A stretch of DNA of 64,000 nucleotides from Chthoniobacter flavus (GTDB taxonomy: Bacteria > Verrucomicrobiota > Verrucomicrobiia > Chthoniobacterales > JACTMZ01). The translations under genes were made by a program, and so were the position numbers. Positions 17,404 through 26,750 of this stretch are shown here, piece after piece. Positions within the stretch are counted from its first letter, which is position 1; each line of letters begins with the position of its first letter. The notes beneath the pieces are model-generated. The model saw only the letters and a list, made by a program, of their open reading frames with translations. It did no database searches and had not been told where the DNA came from. The DNA lies in contig CAMBUL010000003.1 of the NCBI GenBank assembly GCA_945871065.1, positions 269 through 64,268 of the forward strand, in the 5' to 3' direction.

Positions 17404-19050
17404 TCAGCGGACCCGGGCCAGGCACTCGGTCAGGTAGGGCAGGAGCTGTTTTTTGCGCGAAACCACGCCCTCGAGGAACCAAACGCGGTCCGATTGCTCC
17501 GGATAAGTGATGGAGCGGAGGAAGTCGTCGTTTCCCTCGACGAGAAGATAAGAATTTTGCTCGTTGATGTCTGTCACCAGCAGAGCGGCAAAGAAAAGGC
17601 CCTCGGACCGGACCCGCTCGCGCAGCGCCGCACGGAGATGTTCGCGTTGGGAGTCGAAGTTGGCAAAGGTGACCTCCTCGATTTGCGCCACGCTGAAGCG
17701 GAGTCCTTTTTCCTCGTAGTGCTTGGCATCGGCCTCGACAACTTTGTCCGGGCTCATGGTCTGCAAGGGTGAGCCAACGGCGAAAATTTCCGCCGCGAGA
17801 TCTCCCGCACTGATACCCGCGGTCACACCCAGTTCCGCAAGAAACCGCCGGTCAGTCTCCGTGGCGGTCGGCGATGTGCCGTTCAGGGTGTCTGCCACGA
17901 TGCCGGCGAGAAGGAGCCCGGCCACGGAGCGTTCGGGGGTGATACCATGCCGCCGGTAGAGGTCCGCGACAATGGTACAAGTCGACCCGACGGGCTGGTT
18001 GAGGAAAAGAATGGGCGTCTCGGTCGGCCGGTTGCCGAGCCGGTGGTGATCGATGATTTCGACCACCGGCAAGTCATCCGCCCCTGGAACGGCCTGCGAG
18101 AGTTCATTGTGGTCGACAAGAATGAGCTGCCGCGAGGGCCCCTTGAGAAAGTCACTCTTGGAAAGGATGCCCTCCAGTCGTGCCTCGCTGTCGAGCACGG
18201 GGAAAATGAATTTGTTGGAGAGGGCGACGCTGCGGCGGGCCAATTCGAGCGGGGCGTCGCCGTCGAATTTTTCCGGTACTTCCTCGAGCGCATGCCGGGC
18301 GATCATGGCGCCGCGGGCAAAAATCACACTCGTGGCGGTGTCCCACGGGGAAACAATGACGGCCATGCCCGCGGCCTGTGCCTCAGCGGCGAAGGCGGGA
18401 TCAACCTCGGCCCCGCCTGTGACGACCAGCGCGCTCACACCGCCTTGGAGGGCGGTGCGGTGCACGTTCTCGCGATCGCCGACGAAGAGCACGGTGCGTG
18501 CGGGTTCGAGATTGCGGAGGCGGTCGGCGAAGGTGTCGGCGTCCATCGCGGCCACCACGAGGGCATAAGTCTCTTCGGTGGAAGAGAGCACTCCGGTGAG
18601 CGAGAGTCCTTCGAATGTCCCGGCGATATTGGCGAGGCTGGCCAGCACTTCGCGGGCGTGCTGGGCCGTCTGGCGCGAGGGCATGACCAGTCCGAGCAGC
18701 TTGTTTGCGCTGATCGTACCGTGAAAGCGCAGGTCTTCATCCACCACGGGAAGGGCGCGCAGGCGTTTGGATGACATCAGGCCAAGGGCCTCGGCGATGG
18801 GTTGGTCCGGACGGATCCCCACGTAATCCTTAATCATGGCGTCGCGCACCCTCGGAGTGACATCGGGGAGGAATTCGGGTTGGGGCACACCGAATTTTTC
18901 CAGAACGAAGGCGATACGTTCGTTGAGCGCGCCGGCGCGGGCCGGGCGGACGCCCTTTTCGCCCAACCGCTCCTTCAGTGCGGCGTAGGCCACGGCGGAG
19001 CAAACGGAATCCATGTCCGGGTTGCGGTGGCCGATGACGATGGTTTCCAT
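17404..19050 (-). CDS. Mn-dependent inorganic pyrophosphatase (family II) with CBS and DRTGG domains
   Basis: IGHRNPDMDS, CBS pairs, VGDRE, LVDHNE, IIDHH, VGST.TI, SRKKQ. Confidence 0.92.
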   Translation of the reverse strand: METIVIGHRNPDMDSVCSAVAYAALKERLGEKGVRPARAGALNERIAFVLEKFGVPQPEFLPDVTPRVRDAMIKDYVGIRPDQPIAEALGLMSSKRLRALPVVDEDLRFHGTISANKLLGLVMPSRQTAQHAREVLASLANIAGTFEGLSLTGVLSSTEETYALVVAAMDADTFADRLRNLEPARTVLFVGDRENVHRTALQGGVSALVVTGGAEVDPAFAAEAQAAGMAVIVSPWDTATSVIFARGAMIARHALEEVPEKFDGDAPLELARRSVALSNKFIFPVLDSEARLEGILSKSDFLKGPSRQLILVDHNELSQAVPGADDLPVVEIIDHHRLGNRPTETPILFLNQPVGSTCTIVADLYRRHGITPERSVAGLLLAGIVADTLNGTSPTATETDRRFLAELGVTAGISAGDLAAEIFAVGSPLQTMSPDKVVEADAKHYEEKGLRFSVAQIEEVTFANFDSQREHLRAALRERVRSEGLFFAALLVTDINEQNSYLLVEGNDDFLRSITYPEQSDRVWFLEGVVSRKKQLLPYLTECLARVR

Positions 19051-19310
19051 GGAAAAAGTCGGCCGCACTTTGGTGTGGCACGTTGGGATTCTAACAGAGA
19101 GCGGGCCGCGGTAAATGCCCGTTGCAGCCTCCCACCCTCAGTCGTCACTTGTTTATTTGTTGCGTCCACGCCTGTCCCGTTTTCTGGGTAATGATAATTA
19201 GAGGTCGGCAATCGCGCCAGGCGAGGCAACAGATCGCCGCAGATGGCTGGAGGAAGTCCGAATTTCCGGTCTGGTCAATCCTTGGTTACTTCGGCAGCTT
19301 TCGCCGCAGT

Positions 19311-21134
19311 ATGACTTGGGAAATCGCCGCTGTTTTGGCTTTGGTTCTGTTCGCGCTTGTTCAGTTCGTGCGCGAGCGCTGGCCGTTGGATCTGACGGGT
19401 CTGGTTGTTTTTGCCGCCCTGCTGCTCCTTTCACAGCTTCCCGGCAACAACACCTTTCCGACCACGGAACGGCTTTTGATGGTCTTCGCCAATGCGGCGC
19501 CCCTGACCGTGGCGTCAATGTTCATTCTCACCTACGCGCTCGAGAGGACAGGTGCCATCACCCGCGCTATGGTTGCGCTCGAACGTGTCGGCAATCTCGG
19601 CACCCGCGGTCTGCTCCTGATCATGATGCTGGGGGCGGGAACCGCATCGGCATTCATCAATAACACTCCGGTGGTGGTTGTCGGCCTGCCCGTGGCCATG
19701 CATCTGGCCAAACTCGCTGGTGCCCCTGCCTCGACCTTTCTGATTCCGCTTTCCTACGCCGCCGTCTTTGGAGGTTGCTGCACCCTGGTCGGCACGAGCA
19801 CAAACATCCTGGGCAGCGGTTTGCTCAACGACGCCGGCCAGCCGCCTCTGGGAATGTTTGAAATCGGTGCGGTCGGTCTGCCGCTGGCCATCATCGGAAT
19901 TCTCTACACGGTATGGGCGGCGCCTAAACTTTTGCCGGCGCGCAAGACACTCAGTGCCGAACTCGGTTCCGAGGCCGGGACAGCGGAGTATGCCTTTGAG
20001 GTTACCATCAAGTCGGGGGCCCCGGTGGTCGGTAAAACACTGACTCAAGCCGGTCTCAGCTCGCGCAAAGACATGCGCGTCATCGAGCTGCTGCGTGATG
20101 GCGAACCAGCGCAGCAGTTGGATGCGGTCAGGCTGGCGGCGGGAGACCGGCTGGTGATCGTGGGAACACCCGAAGCGGTGGTCGCCATCCTTCGCATGCA
20201 GGGAGTGGATCTGGAGACCCAAGGGGGCACGGCCGCCGATTATCTTGCGGCCCACGAGACGCACCTGGCCGAGGCGATTATTGGTCCTTTGTCCGAGATT
20301 GCCGGCCGCAGCTTGCGCGACGTCAGCTTCCGCCAACGTTTCGGACTGGTGGTGCTCGCGATCCACCGCCGCGGACTGAATCTAAGCCGCGGATTCGAAT
20401 CCGTGCCTCTGCAGGCGGGCGACACGTTGCTGCTCATGGGCAGCGATGCCAGCGTGAACGATCTTCGTCGCAGCGGTGCTCTCTTGCTGCTCGACCGAAC
20501 CCGCGTCGCGACATCAGCCCAGCAAGCAAGTGCGCCGGTCGTGTTCGGAACCTTGCTTGGAGTCATTATTTTTTCCGCTTTCGAGTTGGTGCCTATCGAG
20601 GTGGCGGCACCGGTTGGTTGCGTGCTGCTCATGCTGACCGGGGCGATCCGTCCGAGGGACGCGTACGCCTCGGTAGACTGGCCGCTGATGTTCTTGATTT
20701 ACACCACGCTGGCTCTTGGCCTCGCCATGGACAGCACCGGGGCAGCCAACTACATCGCACAGCATTTGGTCGGCTCGGCGGCCGGCTGGTTTGAGGAAGC
20801 GTGGCGGCCGCTGGCGATGCTGGCCGTCATCTATCTGCTGACGGTTGTCATCACCGAGCTTCTCTCCAACAACGCCACGGTCGTGCTGATGATGCCGATT
20901 GCACTCGGTGTTGCCGCGCAAATGGGCTTCGACCCGCGTCCTTTTGCCATCGCCATCACCCTCGGCGCCAGCGCAGGCTTTGCCACCCCGATCGGCTATC
21001 AGACCAACACCTTCGTCTATTCCGCCGGCGGTTACCGTTTCGGTGATTTTCTGAGGATTGGGCTGCCGCTGAACTTCCTTTATTTTACGGGGGCGATGCT
21101 GATTATACCATGGGTATGGCCTTTCCACCGGTAG
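19311..21134 (+). CDS. SLC13-family permease with two TrkA-C domains
   Basis: SAFINNT, GG.CTL.GTSTN, SNNA, TPIGYQTN. Confidence 0.9.
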   Translation: MTWEIAAVLALVLFALVQFVRERWPLDLTGLVVFAALLLLSQLPGNNTFPTTERLLMVFANAAPLTVASMFILTYALERTGAITRAMVALERVGNLGTRGLLLIMMLGAGTASAFINNTPVVVVGLPVAMHLAKLAGAPASTFLIPLSYAAVFGGCCTLVGTSTNILGSGLLNDAGQPPLGMFEIGAVGLPLAIIGILYTVWAAPKLLPARKTLSAELGSEAGTAEYAFEVTIKSGAPVVGKTLTQAGLSSRKDMRVIELLRDGEPAQQLDAVRLAAGDRLVIVGTPEAVVAILRMQGVDLETQGGTAADYLAAHETHLAEAIIGPLSEIAGRSLRDVSFRQRFGLVVLAIHRRGLNLSRGFESVPLQAGDTLLLMGSDASVNDLRRSGALLLLDRTRVATSAQQASAPVVFGTLLGVIIFSAFELVPIEVAAPVGCVLLMLTGAIRPRDAYASVDWPLMFLIYTTLALGLAMDSTGAANYIAQHLVGSAAGWFEEAWRPLAMLAVIYLLTVVITELLSNNATVVLMMPIALGVAAQMGFDPRPFAIAITLGASAGFATPIGYQTNTFVYSAGGYRFGDFLRIGLPLNFLYFTGAMLIIPWVWPFHR

Positions 21135-21177
21135 CTCGGCCGCTGCGCTGCGGCGAAGCTAGTGCGGACTCCTACTT

Positions 21178-22806
21178 ATGAATTCTGCACTCGTGGTCGA
21201 CGCCGTGGTGGTGGCGATTTATTTCGCCGTGATTGTCGGCATCGGTCTGCGCGCCGGGCGGGGCAGCAACAGTCTCCAGGAATTCACCCTCGGGGGGCAC
21301 AAGATTCCGTGGTGGGCCGTATTGGCCTCGATCATCGCGGCGGAGACCAGCGCCGCCACTTTTCTCGGGGCACCGGCCGAGGGCTTCAAAACGCGCAGCT
21401 TCGCCTACGCGCAGCTGGCCATCGGCACGGTCATCGCGCGTTTTTTCATCGCCTACATTTTCATCGCGCCCTACTACCGCAACAAGGTCCAGAGCATTTA
21501 TGAATTCCTTGACCTGCGGTTCGGTCCGCGCACGCGCGACATGGCCAGCGCTATTTTTCTCGTAACCCGCGTGCTCGGCATCGGCGTGCGTCTTTATCTC
21601 GGTGGTGTGATTATCGTCGTTATTTGGAGGTATCTTTATCCCGGCGCGCCAATCACCTTGGGTACCTATTTCTGGGGGATTCTCTTCACCACCGTGGTGA
21701 CGACGATCTACACCGCGGTTGGCGGTATCAAGGCTGTGATTTGGACTGACCTGATCCAGGCATGTCTCATGATCGGCGCGATCTTTTTCTCGATGGGTGC
21801 AATCTTTCTTTCCATCCCCGGCGGATGGGAAACGGTCTCGGCCAGCTTCGCGGCGAATCCGGGGGCGGGCATGTTTCAGACCGGATGGGATGCCACGAAA
21901 CCATTCGGCGAGGCACTCAAGCAAATGCTGGAGACGCCCTATACCATTTTCGCTGCGATCATCGGTTCGACGCTTTTCACCATGGCCACGCACGGCACGG
22001 ACCAGGACATGGTGCAGCGCCTGCTTACCGCGGAAAATCCAGCCAAGGCCAGGCGTTCGCTCATCGTCAGCGGTTTCGCCGACATTCCGATCGTGCTTGG
22101 TTTTCTGGCCATTGGTTTGCTGCTCGCCGTGTATTACGAGACGACACCCGACCCCAATCTGCCCGCGCAGCATAATGAAGTCTTCGCTTACTACATCGTC
22201 AACGAAATGCCGGTAGTCGTCCGCGGCCTCATCGTGGCTGGCGTGTTCGCGACCATGATGGGCTCGACTTCGGCCGCGCTCAATGCGCTGGCCACGTCCT
22301 TCACCAAAGATTTCTACATTCCCTACCTTGGCGGGGCAGGGGCGTCCGATGCGAAGGCAGTTGCTGTGGTCCGCATCGCCACGGCGGTCTTCGGCGCGCT
22401 TATGGTCGGCGTGGCCACTGCGGCTGCCTACGCGGTGCTCCAGACCAACATCACGATCATCCCGCTCGCACTTGGTATTCTCGGCTACAGCTATGGCAGT
22501 CTGCTCGGCGTGTTCCTGCTCGGTATGCTCACCGAGACGCGCGGCGGCGACCGTGCCAACGTGGTCGCCATGATTGCCGGTATCCTTTCCGTTCTGGTTT
22601 TTTGCCGGGTCAAAGTTCCTGCATTCGATGTCGCCGCCCTGCTGCGCGGGGAACTCGTGCCGCAGGAATGGGCCTTCGGAGCCCTCTTGCCGGATTGGTG
22701 GCCGGCCATCGCCTGGCCGTATTATGTGCTCATCGGGACGATTTTCACCTTCGGGTTTGCGGTCTGTTTCCGCTCGGGCAAGGCGCCCTTGCCGGTCGTG
22801 GATTAA
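21178..22806 (+). CDS. Sodium:solute symporter (SSS family)
   Basis: IPWWAV.ASI.A.ETSA.TF, GGIKAVIWTD, GTDQDMVQRLL. Confidence 0.9.
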   Translation: MNSALVVDAVVVAIYFAVIVGIGLRAGRGSNSLQEFTLGGHKIPWWAVLASIIAAETSAATFLGAPAEGFKTRSFAYAQLAIGTVIARFFIAYIFIAPYYRNKVQSIYEFLDLRFGPRTRDMASAIFLVTRVLGIGVRLYLGGVIIVVIWRYLYPGAPITLGTYFWGILFTTVVTTIYTAVGGIKAVIWTDLIQACLMIGAIFFSMGAIFLSIPGGWETVSASFAANPGAGMFQTGWDATKPFGEALKQMLETPYTIFAAIIGSTLFTMATHGTDQDMVQRLLTAENPAKARRSLIVSGFADIPIVLGFLAIGLLLAVYYETTPDPNLPAQHNEVFAYYIVNEMPVVVRGLIVAGVFATMMGSTSAALNALATSFTKDFYIPYLGGAGASDAKAVAVVRIATAVFGALMVGVATAAAYAVLQTNITIIPLALGILGYSYGSLLGVFLLGMLTETRGGDRANVVAMIAGILSVLVFCRVKVPAFDVAALLRGELVPQEWAFGALLPDWWPAIAWPYYVLIGTIFTFGFAVCFRSGKAPLPVVD

Positions 22807-22823
22807 AGCCTTGGGCTAGACTC

Positions 22824-24041
22824 ATGGCCTTCAACCTGATTGAAACCCTTGCGTTGACCGCCTTCGGGCTCCTGCTTGGGCGGGGATTGTTCCGAATCTT
22901 CCCCGTGCTTGGCCGGCTTTGCCTGCCGGAACCGGTCTTGGGCGGGCTGCTGCTCTGCGCCGTTTTTTCCCTCGCGCAGTATTTCGGCCGCACGCAGGTC
23001 ACCTTTGACACGACCTTGCAGGCGCCGCTGATGATCGCGTTTTTTCTTTCCATCGGCTGGATGGCTTCCTGGCGCGAATTGCGCCGCGGTGGTCCGGTGG
23101 TCATCACTTTCCTGCTCTTTTGCCTCGTCGCCCTGGTTGCGCAGAACGTGATCGGCATCCTGTTGGCCATGGCCATGGGTGAGTCCCCCTTGCTTGGGGT
23201 ACTGGCTGGTTCGGTTTCCCTCGCCGGCGGGCCCGGCACGGCGCTCGCGTTTGCCCCTGCCTTTGAGGAGGCGGGATTGGAATCGGCCGCGGCGATCGGC
23301 ACGGCCAGCGCGTTGGCAGGGATCGTCATTGGCGGCCTGATGGGCTCACCTCAGGCCGCCCGGCTGATTGCGAAGTTTCGGCTTAAGCCCAGTGCGGAGG
23401 ATCTTGCCACGGCCATGCCTGATAACGTACCAGTCTCGTTTGAGGAACAAGTGGTTCATCCGGATCTGGCCCCGGTCCACCTGACCAGTCACGTGCAGTT
23501 GTTCATCATTCTGATGGCGCTGGGTGCTTTGCTCGGCGAATGGATTCAAGGCCGGGGCATCACGCTGCCGGTTTACATTGGAGCCATGTTGGTCGCGGCG
23601 GCTGTGCGAAACCTGCGCGATACGGGCCGCGGCCCGCTGGGGCGGCTGCGGGTTTCCGATTCCGTGGTGGACGAACTCGGCACCATCGCGCTGGCCTATT
23701 TTTTGGTCATGGCCACCATGACGCTGAAGTTGGATCAACTGGCCGGCATGGCTTCGGTGCTGATCATTATTCTGGCCGTCCAAGCAGTCTGGATTTTCCT
23801 CGTGGCCTCGGTGGTGGTCTTCCGTTTTTTTGGCCGCGACTACGAGGCGGCGGTGATCGGGGCCGGGTTTACCGGCTTCATGATGGGCACGATGGCCAAC
23901 GCCATGGCCAATCTCAATGCCATCACGCAGCGTTTTGGCCCCGCTCCGAAAGCTTATCTGGTTGTTCCCCTCGTCGGCGCCTGCGGGGTCGATTTTGCCA
24001 ACAGCGCCCTGATCACCTTCCTGCTCGCCGTCCTGCGTTGA
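22824..24041 (+). CDS. gltS: Sodium/glutamate symporter
   Basis: PEPV.GG, GS..L.GG.GT, G..MG...NA.AN.....FGPA..A.L.VP.VGA...DF.N. Confidence 0.88.
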   Translation: MAFNLIETLALTAFGLLLGRGLFRIFPVLGRLCLPEPVLGGLLLCAVFSLAQYFGRTQVTFDTTLQAPLMIAFFLSIGWMASWRELRRGGPVVITFLLFCLVALVAQNVIGILLAMAMGESPLLGVLAGSVSLAGGPGTALAFAPAFEEAGLESAAAIGTASALAGIVIGGLMGSPQAARLIAKFRLKPSAEDLATAMPDNVPVSFEEQVVHPDLAPVHLTSHVQLFIILMALGALLGEWIQGRGITLPVYIGAMLVAAAVRNLRDTGRGPLGRLRVSDSVVDELGTIALAYFLVMATMTLKLDQLAGMASVLIIILAVQAVWIFLVASVVVFRFFGRDYEAAVIGAGFTGFMMGTMANAMANLNAITQRFGPAPKAYLVVPLVGACGVDFANSALITFLLAVLR

Positions 24042-24385
24042 GGCCGCACGGGGACAACCGTCATAGGATTCCGAGACCCTGGCGAAGGCAGCGAGGACAT
24101 GGCGAGGCGTCAGGCAAGCAGGCCGACGGCGGCGTTGAGGTTGAGTAGGTCGGTGGTAGTGAGAGGCATCGATCACGATCAAACCATCGACACGCCCGAT
24201 GAGGGCAAGCTGGAAAACTTTGCGGGAGGTGAGCCGCAAGGCATTTACCCGGAGGCTCGGCTCTCCCGGGACACCCGGCGGCGATATCAGACGCAACCTT
24301 TGGCCCAATCTCTGGCAATGCTTCAAGCTCGGTTTGCGTGGCGCCAACGAGCCCCGTTGCAACGTGTTGCTCGCCAAACACTCTC

Positions 24386-25648
24386 TCAGCGTTCCCTAAC
24401 GCCCCCAACCCGCTCCTCGATCTTGCGCGGGCGGATGAGCAGCACGAGCACAACCGAGATCACGCAGGCACTGGCGAAGACGCCGAAGATGATGTTAAGC
24501 GGGATGGCGCGGTCGCGCATCGCGCCGAAGCCCCAGTCGGCGAAGCCGCCACAACTGATGCTGACAAAGTTCATCAGCCCATAGCCGGTGGCCCGCACTT
24601 CCGGACGGGCGATCTGGCAGAGGATCGGCATGTTGTTTATATCGAAGAATCCCCAGCCGATGCCGAAGAGGATAAGCGAGGCAATGGCCAGCCCGAATGA
24701 CCCGAGGGCTGGGGAGTTGCCGACGCCGAACAACGCCGGAATGATCAAGGCCATGCCCAACGCGCTTACATAAATGCGCCCCCGGTCGGTCCGCCGCATC
24801 CAGCGGTCCGCCAGCCAGCCTCCTCCCAGCGCCGCAGCAAGGGCGGCGGCTTGCCAGTAAAGCGTCGCCGAGACACCGGCCAGCCCCTGGCTGAGGTTGA
24901 AACTCTGTTGGAGGATCGCCGGCATCCAATCACGCACCACCCAACCGGCCAAGGCGGGGAGGGTGAAGTAAAGCATGAGCAGGACAAAAGACGGGTTGCC
25001 GAGCAACTCGCGAACGGAGGAAACCGCCGTCGGCCGCGCCTCCCCCTCGGCGCTGCCGCGTTTCACATCACGAAGGAGGAAAACCAGCGGCACCGCGTAA
25101 AAAATGCCGACCAGTCCGATTACGTCAAAGACCATTCGCCAGCCGATGGAAGGCGCGTCGGCCGCATAGCCCGCGAATCCGCCGAGGATCACGCCGCAGT
25201 AAATCCCCATTTGGTGGACGCCCGTGGCCCGCGACCGTGTGGGGCCACGATGGTAGTCGGAGATGAGGGCCAGCGCCGCGGGAATGTAAAACGCCTCGCT
25301 CAACCCCATGGCCGTGCGCGTCCACAGCAACCCCTCGTAGGTCGTCACATGACCCGTCAGCCAGGTGATCAATGACCAGACAAAGAGGCTCCCGCAAATT
25401 GTCCACCGCCGGCTGAAACGGTCCGCCACATAGCCGCCGATCGGACTGAAAAACGCATAGACCCACTTGAACTGCCCGAGCATGAAGCCCCATTGCGACT
25501 CCAATTCCATTCCAGTCACATCGCTCATGACCGACATCTTCATTGCCGCGATCATCTGGCGGTCCAGGTAGTTAAGCAGCGCGACGGGAAACAGCAGCGC
25601 CACGACAATCCACGCGTAGCGGCCCGGGGAGAGATCGTCGGCCTTCAA
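24386..25648 (-). CDS. MFS transporter (ACS/Spinster-like)
   Basis: LLNYLDRQ, G..ADRFSRR, GLSEAFY.PA. Confidence 0.9.
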   Translation of the reverse strand: MKADDLSPGRYAWIVVALLFPVALLNYLDRQMIAAMKMSVMSDVTGMELESQWGFMLGQFKWVYAFFSPIGGYVADRFSRRWTICGSLFVWSLITWLTGHVTTYEGLLWTRTAMGLSEAFYIPAALALISDYHRGPTRSRATGVHQMGIYCGVILGGFAGYAADAPSIGWRMVFDVIGLVGIFYAVPLVFLLRDVKRGSAEGEARPTAVSSVRELLGNPSFVLLMLYFTLPALAGWVVRDWMPAILQQSFNLSQGLAGVSATLYWQAAALAAALGGGWLADRWMRRTDRGRIYVSALGMALIIPALFGVGNSPALGSFGLAIASLILFGIGWGFFDINNMPILCQIARPEVRATGYGLMNFVSISCGGFADWGFGAMRDRAIPLNIIFGVFASACVISVVLVLLIRPRKIEERVGGVRER

Positions 25649-25730
25649 AACAGACTTTTATTCTCTGCAGGTATGGAGGCTTCGAATCCAGCCAAATCAG
25701 CGCCGGTCGGCTTTTCTTCCCGGCATCCGC

Positions 25731-25770
25731 AAAAGAAAAGACCGGACGCGCTAAAGCGCCCGGTCTCTCT
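25731..25770 (-). terminator. Rho-independent terminator (minus strand)
   Basis: AGACCGGGCGC-TTTA-GCGCGTCCGGTCT followed by TTTCTTTT. Confidence 0.7.
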
Positions 25771-25806
25771 GCTTGCTGGCGCTGCCGGCAGCTCCGCGCC
25801 TGACGT

Positions 25807-25923
25807 CTATGGAACGGGCGCGCTTAGAATGTCCGATATCGCAGCGATCAAAAAGGAGTCGGATATCGCGGTGGTTAACATTATGGACAGCAATATTTTC
25901 AACATTCTCCGTGTCTCCGCCAT
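25807..25923 (-). CDS. Candidate 38-aa hydrophobic small protein
   Basis: MAETRRMLKILLSIMLTTAISDSFLIAAISDILSAPVP; AAGAGG RBS a few nt upstream; terminator downstream. Confidence 0.3.
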   Translation of the reverse strand: MAETRRMLKILLSIMLTTAISDSFLIAAISDILSAPVP

Positions 25924-26102
25924 GATCACGCCTCTTAGTTCCAGCGGGATCACCGGCTTGGACTCGGGGTGGTGGCGGCCTTTGTCTTGGCCCTCTGGGG
26001 TTTTGCCGCGACGGGATAACGCATCACGCACAACGAAGGCCGGCACACGCTCCTCGCCTACTCGGGCCACGTGTCTTGGCTAGTCGCGAGGACTTAGGAA
26101 GC

Positions 26103-26738
26103 TCACGATGCCTGTGGCGCGAAATGGCTGATGATTTCCGCACCTCCCCAGACAATCGCGCCGAAGAAAGCCAGCGTGAGGAGAAAAGCGACCCCCGCGG
26201 CGATTAGGCAGTAGCCGTCCCGTTCGGAGAAAGCGGCCGCGGTGAGAATGACGGTGAGGGCCGGGAGCATATTTGTGCCGGGGATGGGCAGGGGCAGGAG
26301 AAGCAACAACCCACACAGACAGACGATGGCGCCGGCGAGGAAACGCGTTTGGCCGAACTCGAAAACCCCGGTCATGCGCGGATGAAGCAGTTTTTCGAAA
26401 ACCCCGAGCACCCGCGCGCCCCCGCGCATCACAGCTGGAAACAAATTTCCGCTCAGCTTGGTGGCGAGGAGGCGTTTCGGCATCCATGGCCGCTGACTTA
26501 GGGCGAAGCGCAGTCCGAGCAACGCAATGGCCACCCCGAACGGCGTCGAAAGTCCCGGCAACGGCACCGGTTGGCACATGGGCAGGGCGAGAACGAGGAG
26601 CAGCAGGGTGTAAACCCGGCCTTGGAGCTCGTCCATCAGACCGCCGAGCGTGAGTTTGTCGTGCTCCTCGCGATCGGCCAGCTGCCGCAGCTGGGCGGAG
26701 AGACGTTGCGGTATGTCTTCGGTTCCGTGGTTTGCCAT
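26103..26738 (-). CDS. exoD: Exopolysaccharide synthesis protein ExoD family
   Basis: TLG.L...L..R...LL..LALP...P.P.PG.ST.FG, LPLPIPGTN.LPA. Confidence 0.88.
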   Translation of the reverse strand: MANHGTEDIPQRLSAQLRQLADREEHDKLTLGGLMDELQGRVYTLLLLVLALPMCQPVPLPGLSTPFGVAIALLGLRFALSQRPWMPKRLLATKLSGNLFPAVMRGGARVLGVFEKLLHPRMTGVFEFGQTRFLAGAIVCLCGLLLLLPLPIPGTNMLPALTVILTAAAFSERDGYCLIAAGVAFLLTLAFFGAIVWGGAEIISHFAPQAS

Positions 26739-26750
26739 GGCTTTTTCGGG

